A stretch of DNA of 63,971 nt, counting the filler, from an uncultured Methanoregulaceae archaeon (GTDB lineage: Archaea; Halobacteriota; Methanomicrobia; Methanomicrobiales; Methanospirillaceae): the NCBI GenBank assembly GCA_964530035.1. It is 12 parts of 12 records of this genome, joined end to end, with 100 filler letters (N's around TTAATTAATTAA, not from the genome) between each part and the next. Parts side by side here need not be neighbours in the genome. Positions count along the whole stretch, not along the records: positions 41,350 to 46,385 come from CAZGXZ010000169.1; positions 46,486 to 51,519 come from CAZGXZ010000170.1; positions 51,620 to 56,633 come from CAZGXZ010000171.1; 9 more parts are not named here. The stretch is one strand, 5' to 3'. Made by a program: the position numbers and the translations under genes. Below the pieces are notes generated by a model. That model was given only the letters and a program-made list of their open reading frames with translations, was not told where the DNA came from and did not search any database. Positions 46,156 to 56,733 of this stretch are shown here, in pieces (within the stretch, counting starts at the first letter, position 1; every line of letters starts with the position of its first letter).

Positions 46156-46385
46156 AACCCCATACCCTCAGCGTGCTGGTCGAGAACAAGGCGGGTGTGC
46201 TCTCCCGCGTCACGGGTCTGTTTTCGCGGCGGGGTTTTAATATTGAGAGCCTTGCGGTCGGTACCTGTGAAGAACCAGGTTTAAGCCGGATCACCATTTT
46301 ATGCATCGGTGACGATGCGCAGATCGAGCAGGTCATCAAGCAGCTCAACAAGCTGATAGAGGTCATCAAGGTCTCTGATATCACC
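46152..46385 (+). CDS. ilvN: Acetolactate synthase small subunit (3' truncated)
   Basis: [23 protein letters not shown]. Confidence 0.95.
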
Positions 46386-46497
46386 NNNNNNNNNNNNNNN
46401 NNNNNNNNNNNNNNNNNNNNNNNNNNNNNTTAATTAATTAANNNNNNNNNNNNNNNNNNNNNNNNNNNNNNNNNNNNNNNNNNNNTACACACAACAC

Positions 46498-47050
46498 TGA
46501 TCATGGGAATTGCAGACGATGAAGATCTCGTATAAAGGGGTGCATAAACCTGAAGATAGCAGATAGTAGCAGAGTTTAAATATCAATTTTAACGAAGAAT
46601 TCTTCCCTGCCAGACATCATTTTCAGGTAACCTGCATGATTGAAAAACGGGATCTGAAATTTTTCGAGACCTTTCAGAAGGTTTAGAGACCTTGTCGGCT
46701 ACCAGGAGCATCACCGTTCCCGACATGCCATAACCATCAACCCTTCAGTGAAAAATTTTCCCTCTCACTCCCAAAAAGATACCCCACTGCCCCCGAAGGG
46801 CGCCCCGGCGGCGGTCTCACGGTCTTTCATGAAGATTCCGAACCGGAAAAATCTCGCTGAAATAAAATAACGAGGGAATAATAAAACAGAAAACAATGGG
46901 TATCACGAAACCGCTTACGGCTTGTCATGGCTATCGTATACAGGGGGTTTGGGGGGCAGCAGCCCCCCGGAACGAATCCCGTTATCTTCATTTCACATTC
47001 TCTCCCGTTCCACCTCAAACAATCAGCCTTCAGTGGAGGTTTCGCTTTAA
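46498..47050 (+). repeat. Modular intergenic repeat, copy 3 (blocks E, A, B, C, partial B)
   Basis: E at 46498, A at 46624, B at 46741-46834, C at 46916-46970, second CCTTCAGTGG at 47027. Confidence 0.9.
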
Positions 47051-47332
47051 CACCCCTCGAACGATCTGTTTCAGCCCCACGGTTCTCATCTCTCCGTTCC
47101 TCTGCCTGTTCAAGGTGAAAACCAAAAATCGGCTTTTTAGAATTCTTTGACTGCAATTATTGCTGATGAAGATCTTTCATGAAGAGCTGAAAACAATTCA
47201 AGGTTAGGTGAGTTTCAATAGAGCCTTTTTAGCACCTATTCACTCAAAAAGAGCGGTTTTGGCCCACCAGCACCATCCTTCCAGCAAAGGGAGGATAAAC
47301 ATGGCCACGACAGGGAGTCCTTATCCTTGCCA

Positions 47333-48199
47333 TCATGAAACGAAATAATCCACGATATTCCTGAAGAACTCCATGTTCACCGAATCTGTCGGAACGGACT
47401 TTCCCTCGCGTTTCAGCCGTTCCTTCCGGAGAGGCCAGTCATAGAGGTTCACGAACTCCATCGCCCGTTCGGGGTGGGGCATGAGCCCGAGGACCTTTCC
47501 GTCAGCCGAGGTAATCCCGGCAATATCGTTGACAGAACCGTTCGGGTTCCAGGGGTACTCCCCGGCTGCCGGGCTCATGTCCTCACGCACGTACCTGAAC
47601 GCGACCATGTCCTCTTTTTCGAGTCTCCGGAGCGTCTCTTCTGAGCAGGAGAAGTTCCCCTCCCCGTGGGAGACCGGGCAGTAGAGGTGGGAGAGGCCTT
47701 TCGTCCAGACCGTGTCAGCAACGGGTTTCAGGGTGACGAAGCGGCACTCCAGTACACCTTTCCGGTTCGGCATGAGGGCGATCCCACGGCTGTGGTGGGC
47801 ATCGAGCGCCGGTACCAGGCCAAGGTTCGCGAGGATCTGGAAGCCGTTGCAGATCCCAAGGACGAGGTTGTCACCTGACAGGAAAGCGTCGAGGTCCTTT
47901 TGCAGGTTGTTCCTGACCCGGTTTGCATATGCGTTCCCGGCGCCGGTGTCGTCCCCGTACGAGAAACCACCCGGGAACACGAGGAGACGGTATCCGGAAA
48001 GGGTCTTCTCACCGGCAATCAGGTCATTGATATGGACGGTGTCGGATCCCATCCCGGCACGGAGGAGGGCCTCGGCCGTCTCCATCTCCGAGTTTATCCC
48101 GTACCCGCTCATGATGAGGGCCTTGTGTCGTGTCCTGAGCGGAGGATGCACCCGTCCTGTCCCGGAATGAACCGGGGGTTCCGTGGTATGGCGCTCCAT
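47333..48199 (-). CDS. purQ: FGAM synthase glutaminase subunit
   Basis: PGGFSYGD, GICNGFQ, HGEG and MPHPER motifs. Confidence 0.95.
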   Translation of the reverse strand: MERHTTEPPVHSGTGRVHPPLRTRHKALIMSGYGINSEMETAEALLRAGMGSDTVHINDLIAGEKTLSGYRLLVFPGGFSYGDDTGAGNAYANRVRNNLQKDLDAFLSGDNLVLGICNGFQILANLGLVPALDAHHSRGIALMPNRKGVLECRFVTLKPVADTVWTKGLSHLYCPVSHGEGNFSCSEETLRRLEKEDMVAFRYVREDMSPAAGEYPWNPNGSVNDIAGITSADGKVLGLMPHPERAMEFVNLYDWPLRKERLKREGKSVPTDSVNMEFFRNIVDYFVS

Positions 48200-48201
48200 G
48201 G

Positions 48202-51147
48202 TCAGTACCCCCAAAACTGCTGCTTGTAGGCAGTTTCCATCACGCTCACCCGCTGCTCGATGAGGGTCCTGCCGTCCTGTCTCACCCGGAACACCGTCCC
48301 GCCCACCGTTCCCATGAAACGTGCCTCAGGACCCATTACGGTCTCAAATGCCTGCCGGTCAACCGGGGCGACCGTGACGAGAACCCTGCCGAGTGACTCG
48401 GAGAAGAGGTGGAGATCGGGACGCACACCCTCCGGGATGGTAATGTCCATACCGAGCATCCCGGCGATCGAGACCTTCGCAAGGGCGATGAGGAGCCCGC
48501 CAAGACTGACCGGGAAGGCCGAGGCCACGAGACCGCGGTCGATCGCTCCGGCGAGCCTCCTGTACCTTTCTTTTGCTTTTCCGATGTCGAGTGCCGGGAC
48601 GTTCCCGCCTTCGATACCAAGGAACCCGGCATACTCCGACCCGCCCAACTCATCGAGGGTCCTGCCGAGGAGGTATACTAGATCGCCGTCGACCTTGACA
48701 TCCATCGACACCGCCTTCCCGGCATCGGGGTGGACGCCGATCGAGGAGACAAGGAGCGTCGGGAGGACCGAAACCTTCACCGGTCGTCCATCGGGATCGA
48801 ACCCTGAAAAGTCATTGAACATGCTGTCCTTGCCGGAGATGAACGGGATCTGGAAGGCCACTGCCGCATCGCGGCACCCGAATGCGGCCTGTTTGAGCTG
48901 CCAGAGCCTCGCGGGGTCGTCCGAGGAGCACCAGCAGAAGTTGTCGAGGAGGGCGACGGCGTCCGGCGGGATGCCGGTTGCCACCAGGCCCCTGATGGCG
49001 GTGTCGATGACGGCGACCGCCATCCCGTACGGGTCGATCTCCGAGTAGGACGGGAAGAGGCCCTGGGAAAGGCCGACGGCCTTTTGGGAGCCCGGTACGA
49101 CCTTCGTGAGGGTCGCAACCCCCTGGACTCTCCCTTTGCCCTGGACCGGCCCGAGGACATGGCCACCCTGGACGGTGTGGTCGTACTGGACCGAGATGAA
49201 CTCCTTCGAGCAGATATTTTTTCGTTTCAGCATCGAGATCAGCAGGTCATCGAGGCGGTCAGGGCACCGCGGGAATGGGGCGGCTGCAGGAGCCTGGACC
49301 GGCGTAGTCTTCAGGTGTTTTTTCGGCAGCCCGTCATGGAGGAAGTCGAGGGTGATGTCCATAACGGTAGTCCCGTGGTATTCGACGGTGCACCGTCCTG
49401 TATCAGTAAAGGTCCCGATCACCGTGGCCTCAACCTCCCGGCGCTCCATGAGGGCGAGAAACGCTTCCAGTTTATCCGGCGGGACGGCGAGCGTCATCCG
49501 TTCCTGCGACTCGGAGATCCAGATCTCCCACGGCGCCATGCCCGGGTACTTGAGCGGCACCCGGTCGAGCTGCACGTGGCAGCCGCCTGACTCCTTCGCC
49601 ATCTCGGCGACCGAGCAGGAGAGGCCGCCGGCACCGTTGTCCGTGATGCTCCGGTAGAGGGCCCTGTCCCTGGCCTCTTTCACGATGACGTCAGAGAACT
49701 TCTTCTGGGTGATCGGGTCGCCGATCTGGACGGCGGTTACCGGGCTTGCCGGGTCAAGGGCCTCTGATGAGAAGGTGGCACCATGGATCCCGTCCTTTCC
49801 GACCCGCCCGCCGACCATCACGACGAGGTCACCGGGCCTCGCCTGCTTCTCGTGGAGCACTGTCCCGTCATGCACCCGGGGCATCACGCCGATCGTGCCG
49901 GCAAAGACCAGGGGTTTTCCCCGGTACCGGTCATGGAACCAACACCAGCCCTGGGGTGTCGGGATCCCGGAGCAGTTCCCGCCCACGCCGACACCACGCA
50001 CCACCCCTTCGAAGACCTGTCTCGGGGAGAGTACGGGATTTTGACCGTTTTTACCCCGGAAAAGGCCTGGATCGGTGTCAGGGTCTCCGACGCAGTACCC
50101 GTACACGTTGATGCAGGGTTTCGCCCCGAGGCCGAAGCCGATCGTATCGCGGTTCACCCCGACGATGCCGGTTAGAGCGCCTCCAAACGGATCGAGGGCC
50201 GAGGGCGAGTTGTGGGTCTCTACCTTGCAGGTCACGAGATGGTCGTCATCGAAGATTATTGCACCCGAGTTATCGGTGAACACTGATACACAGGTGTCCC
50301 TGTCCCCCTTTGCCGCCCGGACAGCGTTGGTCGCCCCCTGGATGCAGGTCCTGTAAAGTCCTTTCGGGACGTCGTCGTCCATCGCGGATGCAAAGATCGT
50401 GTGCTTGCAGTGTTCGCTCCAGGTCTGGGCAAGGGACTCAAGCTCGACGTCCGTCGGCATCCTGCCCGCCTTCCTGAAATAGTCCCGTATCGTGTGGATC
50501 TGGGCCAGGTCAAGAGCAAGGGGACCCCGGCGCTCCTTCGTGACCGGGTCGGGAATGCCTTCCTTGCCGATTCTTGCCAGTTCCGCATCGCTGATCTCCA
50601 GGTCCACGACCCCGGCTTCCTGGAGTTCGTGGAGGTGGACAAAGGGTGTTGACGGCTCCATGCCCCGTGAGCCATACTCCTCGCGGCTTTTTACGTGGAC
50701 CCGGTTTACGAGGGGGTTTCCCAGGCTCCCGGCCAGTTTCCGGAGTGATTCAGGGTTGAGGTTCCCGGCGACAAGGAACAGCCGGGACGAAAAGACTGCC
50801 TCTCCCTCGCCGAACCCGAACCCGAAATAGTCCTCGATGGTCTGCCGGGCGGTCGTCCCGGTGTTGTCGGTGACCCCGGGAAGGAAACCGACCTCGATGG
50901 CAAAATCAAAGCTGGCTTCCGTGGGCCGGTCGACCAGGAACTCCTGGACGACAGGGTTGGTGAGCTGTCCACCGATTTCCAGGAGCTCGGCCGGGGTGAA
51001 GTCCCGGGAAGAGGTCGCAATGGTATAGACCTCGACGAGGTGAAGGGCATCGACAGGAAACCCGAGCGAGCGGGCCCTCTCGGTCCGGGTCTGCAACCGG
51101 GGGTCGGACACGAACCTGACCTCGATCCGGTGTACATGGGAAGCCAT
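48202..51147 (-). CDS. purL: FGAM synthase PurL with N-terminal PurS-like extension (981 aa)
   Basis: WSEHCKH, KVETHNSPS, DNGAGG, SESQERM and SGKDS motifs. Confidence 0.95.
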   Translation of the reverse strand: MASHVHRIEVRFVSDPRLQTRTERARSLGFPVDALHLVEVYTIATSSRDFTPAELLEIGGQLTNPVVQEFLVDRPTEASFDFAIEVGFLPGVTDNTGTTARQTIEDYFGFGFGEGEAVFSSRLFLVAGNLNPESLRKLAGSLGNPLVNRVHVKSREEYGSRGMEPSTPFVHLHELQEAGVVDLEISDAELARIGKEGIPDPVTKERRGPLALDLAQIHTIRDYFRKAGRMPTDVELESLAQTWSEHCKHTIFASAMDDDVPKGLYRTCIQGATNAVRAAKGDRDTCVSVFTDNSGAIIFDDDHLVTCKVETHNSPSALDPFGGALTGIVGVNRDTIGFGLGAKPCINVYGYCVGDPDTDPGLFRGKNGQNPVLSPRQVFEGVVRGVGVGGNCSGIPTPQGWCWFHDRYRGKPLVFAGTIGVMPRVHDGTVLHEKQARPGDLVVMVGGRVGKDGIHGATFSSEALDPASPVTAVQIGDPITQKKFSDVIVKEARDRALYRSITDNGAGGLSCSVAEMAKESGGCHVQLDRVPLKYPGMAPWEIWISESQERMTLAVPPDKLEAFLALMERREVEATVIGTFTDTGRCTVEYHGTTVMDITLDFLHDGLPKKHLKTTPVQAPAAAPFPRCPDRLDDLLISMLKRKNICSKEFISVQYDHTVQGGHVLGPVQGKGRVQGVATLTKVVPGSQKAVGLSQGLFPSYSEIDPYGMAVAVIDTAIRGLVATGIPPDAVALLDNFCWCSSDDPARLWQLKQAAFGCRDAAVAFQIPFISGKDSMFNDFSGFDPDGRPVKVSVLPTLLVSSIGVHPDAGKAVSMDVKVDGDLVYLLGRTLDELGGSEYAGFLGIEGGNVPALDIGKAKERYRRLAGAIDRGLVASAFPVSLGGLLIALAKVSIAGMLGMDITIPEGVRPDLHLFSESLGRVLVTVAPVDRQAFETVMGPEARFMGTVGGTVFRVRQDGRTLIEQRVSVMETAYKQQFWGY

Positions 51148-51289
51148 GCGTACTCATTGGACGTCATAGCTCTAAATGCTTAGAGCGGAGCCCTGTACCC
51201 TTGAGGGCACCATCCAGAAACCCTCCCAGGGGGACCTGGTCACGGCACGTTTCAACGTCCTTTTCCCCCATGAAGTCCCACGGGTTTTC

Positions 51290-51519
51290 ATGCACGAGCT
51301 GGCAAGGGTTCTTGTTGAGCGAAGGGGGATTACATGGGTCGCCATAACCGCGGTCCTGTACGCCCTTGTCCTCATCCCTTTCAACCAGGCCGGCTTCGTC
51401 GTCGCCGGGATACCGGTACGCCCGGCTGCAGCCCTCCCCGTGGTGCTCGGTATCCTGTTCGGTCCCGCAGCCGCTTTCGGCTGTGCCATCGGGAACGTTG
51501 CCGGAGATATCTACGGCTC
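51290..51519 (+). CDS. QueT/ECF S-component-like membrane protein (3' truncated)
   Basis: AITAVLYA..RPAAALP..GILFGP.AAFG.AIGN..GD. Confidence 0.7.
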
Positions 51520-51619
51520 NNNNNNNNNNNNNNNNNNNNNNNNNNNNNNNNNNNNNNNNNNNNTTAATTAATTAANNNNNNNNNNNNNNNNNNNNNNNNN
51601 NNNNNNNNNNNNNNNNNNN

Positions 51620-51897
51620 ATTGCGTCCCTGACCACGTTGTGGGGGTTCTGGTCCCGCGGGTCCCAGAGCTCGAGGATGTCGCCGAGGAGGACAAGGGTC
51701 GTCGGCCGGTAGATCCGTGCCTCGCCACCGCCCCGCCCATCAGGGCCGTCCCCGGTGCTGAATGCCAGCGGGGCGTCGTTTCCCGGGTGGTACCGGAGCC
51801 ACCTGATGAAACGGGAGAACTCGCCGCTGTCAGCCCCTTCCGCCCCGAGGTGGAGGTCTGAGACCACGATCACCTGTTCCCGGCCGGCACTGTCCAT
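51620..51897 (-). CDS. Calcineurin-like metallophosphoesterase (3' truncated)
   Basis: VVSDLHLG and LLGDILELW motifs. Confidence 0.85.
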
Positions 51898-52003
51898 GGA
51901 CTGTATGTGAGATACCCGAGGGAAAGAACCTTTGTCCGGGAGGCCGATCACCAGAAGGATCATTTCCATACCCCTTTTACTGTCACGAGGGTATCTTTTC
52001 TCC

Positions 52004-52855
52004 ATGAAACCTCCTCTTGAGAGCCTGCCCGGAACCGTGAAACGACCCTCCCCCGCCTTTTCGTGGTCATGCCTGGGTTTTCTTGTGCTCCTCCTGCTCG
52101 TGTCCCAGGCGGCGGCCGCCGCAGGACCGGCACAGGTCGGGGACCAGGCCACGCCCGGTATCTCCCTGGAGGGACCGCAGGAGTACATCACCGAGGGCAT
52201 GAGGCTCATGGCCGAAAAGGACTGGGACGGTCTCGGTGAGGTGACCGCTGCCGGGCTCGCCCGCTACCCGGACGACGCGGAACTCAACTGCCTGAAAGGC
52301 TACCAGCTCAGGAAGACCGGGAACTTCACGGGGGCGGTGGACCACGTCACCATTGGGATCAGGTTCGACCCGAAACCGGTACGGTACGCCAACCGGGCGT
52401 ATGCCTACCTCGCCCTGGGCAGGAATGCCGATGCCCTCCAGGACGCCGACACGGCCATTTCGCTCAACTCGTCCTATACCACGGCATACGCAGTCAGGGC
52501 GACAGGCCTCCTGAAGACCGGGGACCTGGCCGGTGCACAAGTGGCAGTAGACACGGCTGTCGCCCTTGAACCGTCAAACCCGGTATGCTGGCACATCCTG
52601 GGACGGGTCCTCGCTGCCCGGGGGAACTGCACCGGTGCCAGGGAGGCGTTCATGACCTCGCTTTCGATCAACCCGGACTATGACCTCCCCTGGCCCGGGT
52701 ACGGGAATGCCACGGAAGACCTGACGGCGCTGGAGACGACGTGTCATGCGGCCGTTCCCTCGCCGACCCGGGCAGCCCTCCCCCCGCTTGCTGCCGGTGT
52801 CGCGGTCCTTGCAGCCGGGGCTGTCCTCGGGGTTTTATCTGCCCGGAGGAGGTAA
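52004..52855 (+). CDS. Exported TPR protein with C-terminal membrane anchor
   Basis: Signal-like segment, TPR repeats, PT linker plus hydrophobic tail ending RRR. Confidence 0.85.
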   Translation: MKPPLESLPGTVKRPSPAFSWSCLGFLVLLLLVSQAAAAAGPAQVGDQATPGISLEGPQEYITEGMRLMAEKDWDGLGEVTAAGLARYPDDAELNCLKGYQLRKTGNFTGAVDHVTIGIRFDPKPVRYANRAYAYLALGRNADALQDADTAISLNSSYTTAYAVRATGLLKTGDLAGAQVAVDTAVALEPSNPVCWHILGRVLAARGNCTGAREAFMTSLSINPDYDLPWPGYGNATEDLTALETTCHAAVPSPTRAALPPLAAGVAVLAAGAVLGVLSARRR

Positions 52856-53683
52856 ACCCCCCTCTCTTCGTATCCAATCTCCGCTGCTGCGTCTAGGAGG
52901 GGACTTGCTCGTCCATGGTACCGGGCGGAAGACCCTGGGGGCGAAGCAGGAGGTCATCACCTGCAGAAAGACCGGTGACTCTGGTAATTTCCGGCAGGTA
53001 TCCCCGGAGTCAGGTGAAACTGGGTAACGGTCATGGAACGGGACCTCATGGCTCCGGGAGGTTGCTGCTCCTGGAACCATCGTTGCCACCGGTTAATGCA
53101 TGACAATGCCCTTGTTTTCTTCTGGAACCTCGCCGGACATCCATTTATCCGATGAGACAGTCGTTTTTAAACCAGTTCGCCAGAAAGGGAAAGCACGTAC
53201 CTGGGTTTCTATTGGAGACTGGTTCTTCCCACGGGTCCTGCTCCCGACCAGTACCTGGTACCACGGGGTCCGTTCATGAGCTGTACCCCTCTTCCTGGGA
53301 AGGGGGCCCGGGCATGCCTGGCATGACGGATCTTTTCCAACTACATCCTGTACGACCTCCACGCCCTTCCCGTCTCATCGACTCAGCAGGTCCCCTTGCT
53401 CTGATGGGTTATTACCCAGGTACGCGGGATGGCCACATTCCGGGAGAGGTGACCACGACGGGCACCGTTTATTCATCTGTCTGGTCGCCGCTTACATATA
53501 GCACTATATGGTTTATTCCCCCTCCGGCCCCGTTCCGGGAGCAACCGGCCTCCTCTGCCGGCCCGTGGTTTCCCCGGCCAAGAAAACCTATATCTCCCGT
53601 CCAAGAAGACGTTCATGGTGACAGCGCCCGGGTATCCATCCCGATACTCCCGGCACCAGGGAAAAAGTCCCACGGAAACAACC

Positions 53684-55105
53684 ATGCTCTGCCCTTCCTG
53701 CGACCAGGAGAACCCGGGGTTTGCAAACTTCTGCCAGTACTGCGGCTTCCAGTTCAGGGACCCCCCCGTCGACCTCCTGAAGGGACAGGGGGCCGGCGTC
53801 TGTAGTGAAAAACCCGTGCCGGGACAGGAGGGAGGACCGGGCCGGGAGACCGGGCAGGTCCCCTTCTCCGGGGAGAAAACGGGCACCCCGGGTAGAGAAC
53901 CGGAAAAGGAGCCTGCCGTCAACGGGGTGCCGGGACCCGGTGAGGTGGGGCAGGGAGGCGACGGGCTGACAGCCGCCGGGTATTATGAAAAGGGCGTCGA
54001 ACTCTTCAACTCCCATGACTTTGAAGCCGCCCTCGCGGTGCTTACTTTAGCAGCCACCCTCGACCCGGCCATGGACCGGGCCTTCAACGCAAGGGGGGTC
54101 TGCCTCACACGCCTCGGCAGGACGGACGAAGCGGTCGCCTCGTACGAGAAGGCCCTGGCGCTTGACCCGGAGAACGAAAAGTACCAAAAAAACCTGGCCG
54201 TGACCCGGCTGAAACGCGGGATGGCCCAGGCTGCAAGCCGCCGCGGGCTGGGGACACCGCCCGGTACCCCAGGTGAAGATGGGGGAACGGGGGCCGGATG
54301 GCCGATGGGGGTCCCGGGGCCGGCAGGCTCCCCCCCGCCCGTGACAGGCAGTCCTCCGGGAGGGACGACGGCAGGAGCGGAGTCTGCCGAGGGAAAGGGC
54401 TCTCCTTTGTTCCCGGCGTCCAGGGCGGCCACCGACACCGCCGCCGCCGGAGGGCTCTATGCGAAGACGACTTTTGAGCAGCAGCCCCCCGTCTTCCAGG
54501 CCGCCCCGGTCTCCCGGCCGGGACCCCCGGGAGGGCCGCACAACGCACCGTGCTACTACTCAGGGGCGTGGGTCAGGTGGGTCGCCTACTTCGTGGACAG
54601 CCTCATCATCCTCGGGATCAGCATCGCCATCATGTTGCCGGTCGTGTTCCTCGGCGGGATGTTCATGGCGAACATCTTCGCGATGGCCGTCCTGTTCCTT
54701 GCCATCGCCGTCATATACCTCCTCTACTTTACCCTCTCGGAGTGCTCCGCGAAGCAGGCGACACCCGGAAAACGGCTCTTCCGCCTCTTCGTTACCAGTA
54801 ATGACGGCAGCCGCCTCACGTTTCCCCGTTCGCTTGTCCGGAACCTCCTCAAGATCTTCTTCACGGCAGGGCTGCTCCAGGTCATCAACGGCTGCGTGAT
54901 CTGGGCCTCCCCGATGGGGAAGGGCGTCCACGACTACCTCTCCGGGACCCTTGTCCTCACCCCGGACACGACCGACAAGCCGTATGCCCCGGGCGGGGTG
55001 GGTGTGACCGGCGTGAACCGTGTCGCGCTTGCCATCCTCGTTATCCTCTGCCTCGTGACCGTCATCATGGCGGTGGCCTGGGCCGTCCTGTTCTTCAGGC
55101 TATAG
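53684..55105 (+). CDS. Zinc-ribbon + TPR + RDD domain membrane protein
   Basis: CPSC..N...FCQYCG; TPRs; R.VAY.VD..TPGK..R...HD RDD motifs. Confidence 0.88.
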   Translation: MLCPSCDQENPGFANFCQYCGFQFRDPPVDLLKGQGAGVCSEKPVPGQEGGPGRETGQVPFSGEKTGTPGREPEKEPAVNGVPGPGEVGQGGDGLTAAGYYEKGVELFNSHDFEAALAVLTLAATLDPAMDRAFNARGVCLTRLGRTDEAVASYEKALALDPENEKYQKNLAVTRLKRGMAQAASRRGLGTPPGTPGEDGGTGAGWPMGVPGPAGSPPPVTGSPPGGTTAGAESAEGKGSPLFPASRAATDTAAAGGLYAKTTFEQQPPVFQAAPVSRPGPPGGPHNAPCYYSGAWVRWVAYFVDSLIILGISIAIMLPVVFLGGMFMANIFAMAVLFLAIAVIYLLYFTLSECSAKQATPGKRLFRLFVTSNDGSRLTFPRSLVRNLLKIFFTAGLLQVINGCVIWASPMGKGVHDYLSGTLVLTPDTTDKPYAPGGVGVTGVNRVALAILVILCLVTVIMAVAWAVLFFRL

Positions 55106-55179
55106 ACCCGGCCGTGGGGGCAGACCCCGGGCACGTGGCGGTCCCAGGAGTGTGATTCCTGGCCCGGCATACGCGGAGG

Positions 55180-55920
55180 TCATGACGGTTTTTGGGGAGA
55201 CACCGTTCCGACCTCGTGGACCATCAGGTGGATCCCGCCGTCAAGTCCTGAAAAAAACACCTTTCCGTCCATGGAAAACTCCCCGTACGACAGGTACCCC
55301 GCCTCGGAAAAGCCGCATGTTTCAAAGAGCCCCCTCGATGCGGCGCTGGTGCAGTCGGCCACCACCAGCCGGTAACCCCGTTCGACGGCACAGTCGAGCA
55401 GCTGCCCGATAAGGGCCTGTGCAAACCCCCGGCCGCGGTACTGCCGGCCAATCCCTATCTGGAAGACGTGGAGGGCAGTGCCGGGAGCTATCCCGTCAAA
55501 CATGAGGCTCCCCTGTTCCAGCTCGTTGATCATGGTGACGGCCTCGCGGAAATGGGCGAGAAATTCGCCCATTGAGGGTGTCCAATCAGCCGGGTCCTCG
55601 GTCATGTCGAAGGCGAAGATGAACCCGGCGAGCTCTCCCGTCGTCCCGTCGCGGGCAAGAAAACTCTCGCCCCTCCCGGCAAGGGACCGAACATAGGGGC
55701 ATGCATGGTCCAGGAACAGGGCCGGCTCGGGGGCATGACGGTGCGTGGTGGGTTCGTCGGCGAGGAAGACCGCGGCGTAGAGACGTGCTGCCCCGTCCAC
55801 GTCGGAGGCGGTCAGGGGGCTGATGACCGGCCCGGCCCGGGAGCTGTCCCCGCCTTCCGTCCTGCAGGCCCGGGCGGCATTTTCCGTATCCCCTGCCTGG
55901 TACTCCATGTCACACGACAT
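55180..55920 (-). CDS. GNAT N-acetyltransferase
   Basis: YRGRGFA and S..LFETCGF motifs; start uncertain. Confidence 0.82.
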   Translation of the reverse strand: MSCDMEYQAGDTENAARACRTEGGDSSRAGPVISPLTASDVDGAARLYAAVFLADEPTTHRHAPEPALFLDHACPYVRSLAGRGESFLARDGTTGELAGFIFAFDMTEDPADWTPSMGEFLAHFREAVTMINELEQGSLMFDGIAPGTALHVFQIGIGRQYRGRGFAQALIGQLLDCAVERGYRLVVADCTSAASRGLFETCGFSEAGYLSYGEFSMDGKVFFSGLDGGIHLMVHEVGTVSPQKPS

Positions 55921-56280
55921 ATCGCGCTGCGTCCCTAAAAGTGAGCTCGTTCCCCGGTTGTGCTGACCTCATAACAGGACGGTTGGAATGGAGATACGGG
56001 TGACACTAATTCAAGCGATATCCGGTTTTCCCCCTATAGGTTATGAGAACAGCCTGCCCAGCCGGCAGTATTCTGTTAATTATTTGAAGTTGATTAATGC
56101 AGAAAATTATACATAGTTATTGAACAAGACTTATATCAGCCCCCTTGCACCGGGTTCCTGTTTCACTCAACTCACGCATATCTCAGACGAGGCACTCTTG
56201 ACACGTCCTCTCCCTGCAAGGGGGGGTCCATAGTACGGGATCCGTCCTGGTTTCAGGAAAATGGGCTTTGTTGAACCTTA

Positions 56281-56633
56281 TGATCAAAATTGCACCTGAT
56301 GGAGGTCTCTCATAATGGGGGGAATAAAAATGAAGAGAGAGAAGATTTTAACGGAACTAAAATCTCATTTTTCGCATAATTCTTCCTTGCCTGACATAAT
56401 TAGCAGGTAATCTGCGTGATTGAAGAAATGGGATCTGAATTTTTTCAGGCGTTTTTGAATGCTTGCAGACCGTGCCAAATAACCGTAACCTCTCGGTTCC
56501 CGATATCCTATCAGCATCACCTCTTCAGTGGGGGTGTGCCCCTACGCCCCCGAAAAGATACCCCGCCGCCCCCGAAGCGCGCCCCGGCGGCGGTCTCATG
56601 GCCCTTCATGAAGATTTCAAACTGGAAAAAACC
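56281..56633 (+). repeat. Modular intergenic repeat, copy 4 (blocks E, A, B; cut by contig end)
   Basis: TGATC..AATTGCACCTGATGGAGGTCTCTCA (56281), GCAGGTAATCTGC (56403), block B at 56521-56613. Confidence 0.9.
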
Positions 56634-56733
56634 NNNNNNNNNNNNNNNNNNNNNNNNNNNNNNNNNNNNNNNNNNNNTTAATTAATTAANNNNNNNNNNN
56701 NNNNNNNNNNNNNNNNNNNNNNNNNNNNNNNNN

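Noticed and set aside
52856..53683. ~800-nt gap with several ORFs
   Set aside because: No protein-like ORF, repeat or clear structure recognised.
56369..56396. TTTTCGCATAA XerC-like half site
   Set aside because: No partner arm and not conserved in the other repeat copies.
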